From: Heterodontus francisci
Taxonomy: Eukaryota
Direction of reading: 5' to 3'
DNA length: 64,000 nucleotides
NCBI RefSeq assembly: GCF_036365525.1
Contig: NC_090379.1
Span: 27,395,790-27,459,789, forward strand
Shown: positions 62,476 through 64,000 of the stretch, piece after piece
Layout of the letters: each line of letters begins with the position of its first letter
Numbering within the stretch: the first letter of the stretch is position 1
Program-made: the position numbers and the translations under genes
Notes under the pieces: model-generated
Told to the model about the DNA's origin: nothing
Seen by the model: the letters and a program-made list of their open reading frames with translations, nothing else
Database searches by the model: none

Positions 62476-62728
62476 TAATGAGAAGCTTTTTTGTTGTTTG
62501 ATGTAACATAAATGAGATGCGTGGAGTTCTGTTGATTGATCTCAAACAGGTTTATTAACAGCTAACAAGTATATACAGTGCAGAGCTATCTATTTATAGG
62601 TCTTGCCTCTTGGTGTTACAGTTACAGAGTGACTCTGGCTCCATGTCACATGACTGCATCCTGGTACTTGGCTTATTAGCATTGTATGATCTTAAAGGGA
62701 CATCACTCTTAAAGGCAATCACACAACA
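62476..62728. mobile_element. Solo LTR
   Basis: 253 bp ending CACACAACA; 5-bp TSD GACAC (62471-62475 and 62729-62733). Confidence 0.8.
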
Positions 62729-62889
62729 GACACGGGGGATAACTCACCTGCTCTTCTTTGAACTAGTGCCATGGGATCTATTATGTCCACCTGAGAGGGC
62801 AAACGGTGCCTCTGTTTAACATCTCATTAAAAAGATGGTATATCTGAGAGTGTAACACTCCCTCAGTACTACACAACAGTGTCAAGCTT

Positions 62890-62975
62890 GAAATAAAAAC
62901 AAAAAATGCTGGAACCACTCAGCAGGTCTGGCAGCATCTGTGAAAAGAGAAGCAGAGTTAACGTTTTGGACCCGA
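62890..62975 (-). mobile_element. Truncated Penelope-type terminal fragment
   Basis: Matches 19955-20040. Confidence 0.65.
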
Positions 62976-63686
62976 AGCTCACTTTTTAAGAGTCAATATG
63001 AATAGTTTTTTCAAAAACTTTTTCATATTTCTGTCATCCAGTCATCGGTTAATTTAAATAACCTGGCTGAACCCAGATTTCACCGTTCTATCAATTTAGT
63101 TAATTTTGCTGTTCATCGATGTGAGGAATGTATCAGTGCCCGCGAATGGAGCATTTCATTGGAGCACTCTCTGTCCGATTTGATCACTGTCAGCTTAACT
63201 GCAGCCAGCAGAATGTAAAGCTTTGTGTTTATGAATCATGGTCTCAACAAAGGGAAGGTTTCTTTTTAAAAGATTCTGGAATAAGTCAATCAATATTTGA
63301 AAGCGAAAGTTAGGCTATAGATTCCACGCTGCATGATTCTGATATTTCATCAGAACTGGCACAATCGGACAGGAACACCTACTTTAGTGAATAAACAAAG
63401 TGTGTTACACTTATTGAACTACTTACCCTTGATACAAGCAGCAACACCAACCCCCCTGCTCCTACCCCCACTGTCCCTCAGTCTGAGGGATAGATTCCTG
63501 CGTGCTGGTATTGGTAGGAAGACGTGGTTTTGCCTGGCACTGGTATCCATTTGCTGATTGTGCCTAAATTTCACATTCTCCATTCTCGTACCTGCCTGAT
63601 CAGCTGTCAACATTCTGCCTGCATAAAGAACTCATCTCAGTTGTTTTTAGCCAATTTACTCCTGTGACAGTTAGCAAATGTAGAGG

Positions 63687-63845
63687 AACTGGCTTGGTAC
63701 TGCTATTGAAGGCAAAGCAGTTGGCCTAGTCCTGTTAATGAAGACAAAAAAGCAGACTCAGTGCTGTTAATGAAGATAAAAGAGTTGGCCCCATACTGTT
63801 GATGTATGCAGGCAGTTGGTCTGAACCTATCAGTAGAGGCAAAGG
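63687..63845. repeat. Degenerate ~32-bp minisatellite, five copies
   Basis: Unit approximately AGTTGGCCTAGTACTGTTAATGAAGGCAAAGC. Confidence 0.7.
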
Positions 63846-64000
63846 AATTTTAAAGCTTTCTGGTAAGGAGGTTCAAAAGCACTTTCAGTGCAATGACTAA
63901 CTAAGCTAAAATGATAATCCCCAATGGAAATCATCAATATGATTGATTGATTATAATTTTTTATGTGGAGTCCAACACCCATATTCAACCTGATTTGTGC

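Larger units (their letters stand above)
56300..62890 (-). mobile_element. DeuSINE split into three pieces (56300-56380, 62346-62475, 62734-62890) by LTR insertions
   Basis: The pieces rejoin across TSDs GAAAT and GACAC; L2-like tail and Deu-domain GTGCCATGGGATCT...CCACCTGAGAGGGC. Confidence 0.75.

Noticed and set aside
62940-62978. Third hammerhead ribozyme
   Set aside because: Truncated; the CUGANGA core and an intact GAAA are missing.
63687-63845. CRISPR-like array
   Set aside because: Units are contiguous and degenerate with no spacers; the context is eukaryotic and there are no cas genes.

Overview
This is vertebrate genomic DNA. The repeat content (V-SINE/HE1-like, DeuSINE, CR1 and Penelope-type termini) points to a shark or other cartilaginous fish. 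One host gene is clear: the 5' part of SEL1L on the minus strand, coding exons 1-9 (15785 down to 901). All eight introns between them are GT-AG and in phase, and the CpG-rich promoter (~15.6-16.2 kb) carries two ERSE-like elements. The remaining ~48 kb upstream has no recognisable protein-coding gene and is packed with nested transposons: many CR1 LINEs, a decayed GalEa-type copia, a decayed Mag-type gypsy, solo LTRs, Harbinger and hAT remnants, RTE and L2 fragments, and SINEs. Three signals stand out. (1) A full-length EN-RT LINE in SEL1L intron 1 starts with a tRNA-like Pol III promoter, lacks ORF1 and an in-frame AUG, and almost lacks TTTT on its sense strand. A SINE in the same window equals its head plus tail. 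(2) Penelope-type termini carry minimal hammerhead ribozymes. (3) Two paralogous miRNA-like hairpins with a shared loop lie in unique DNA. All calls were made by eye; repeat boundaries are approximate unless a TSD is cited.
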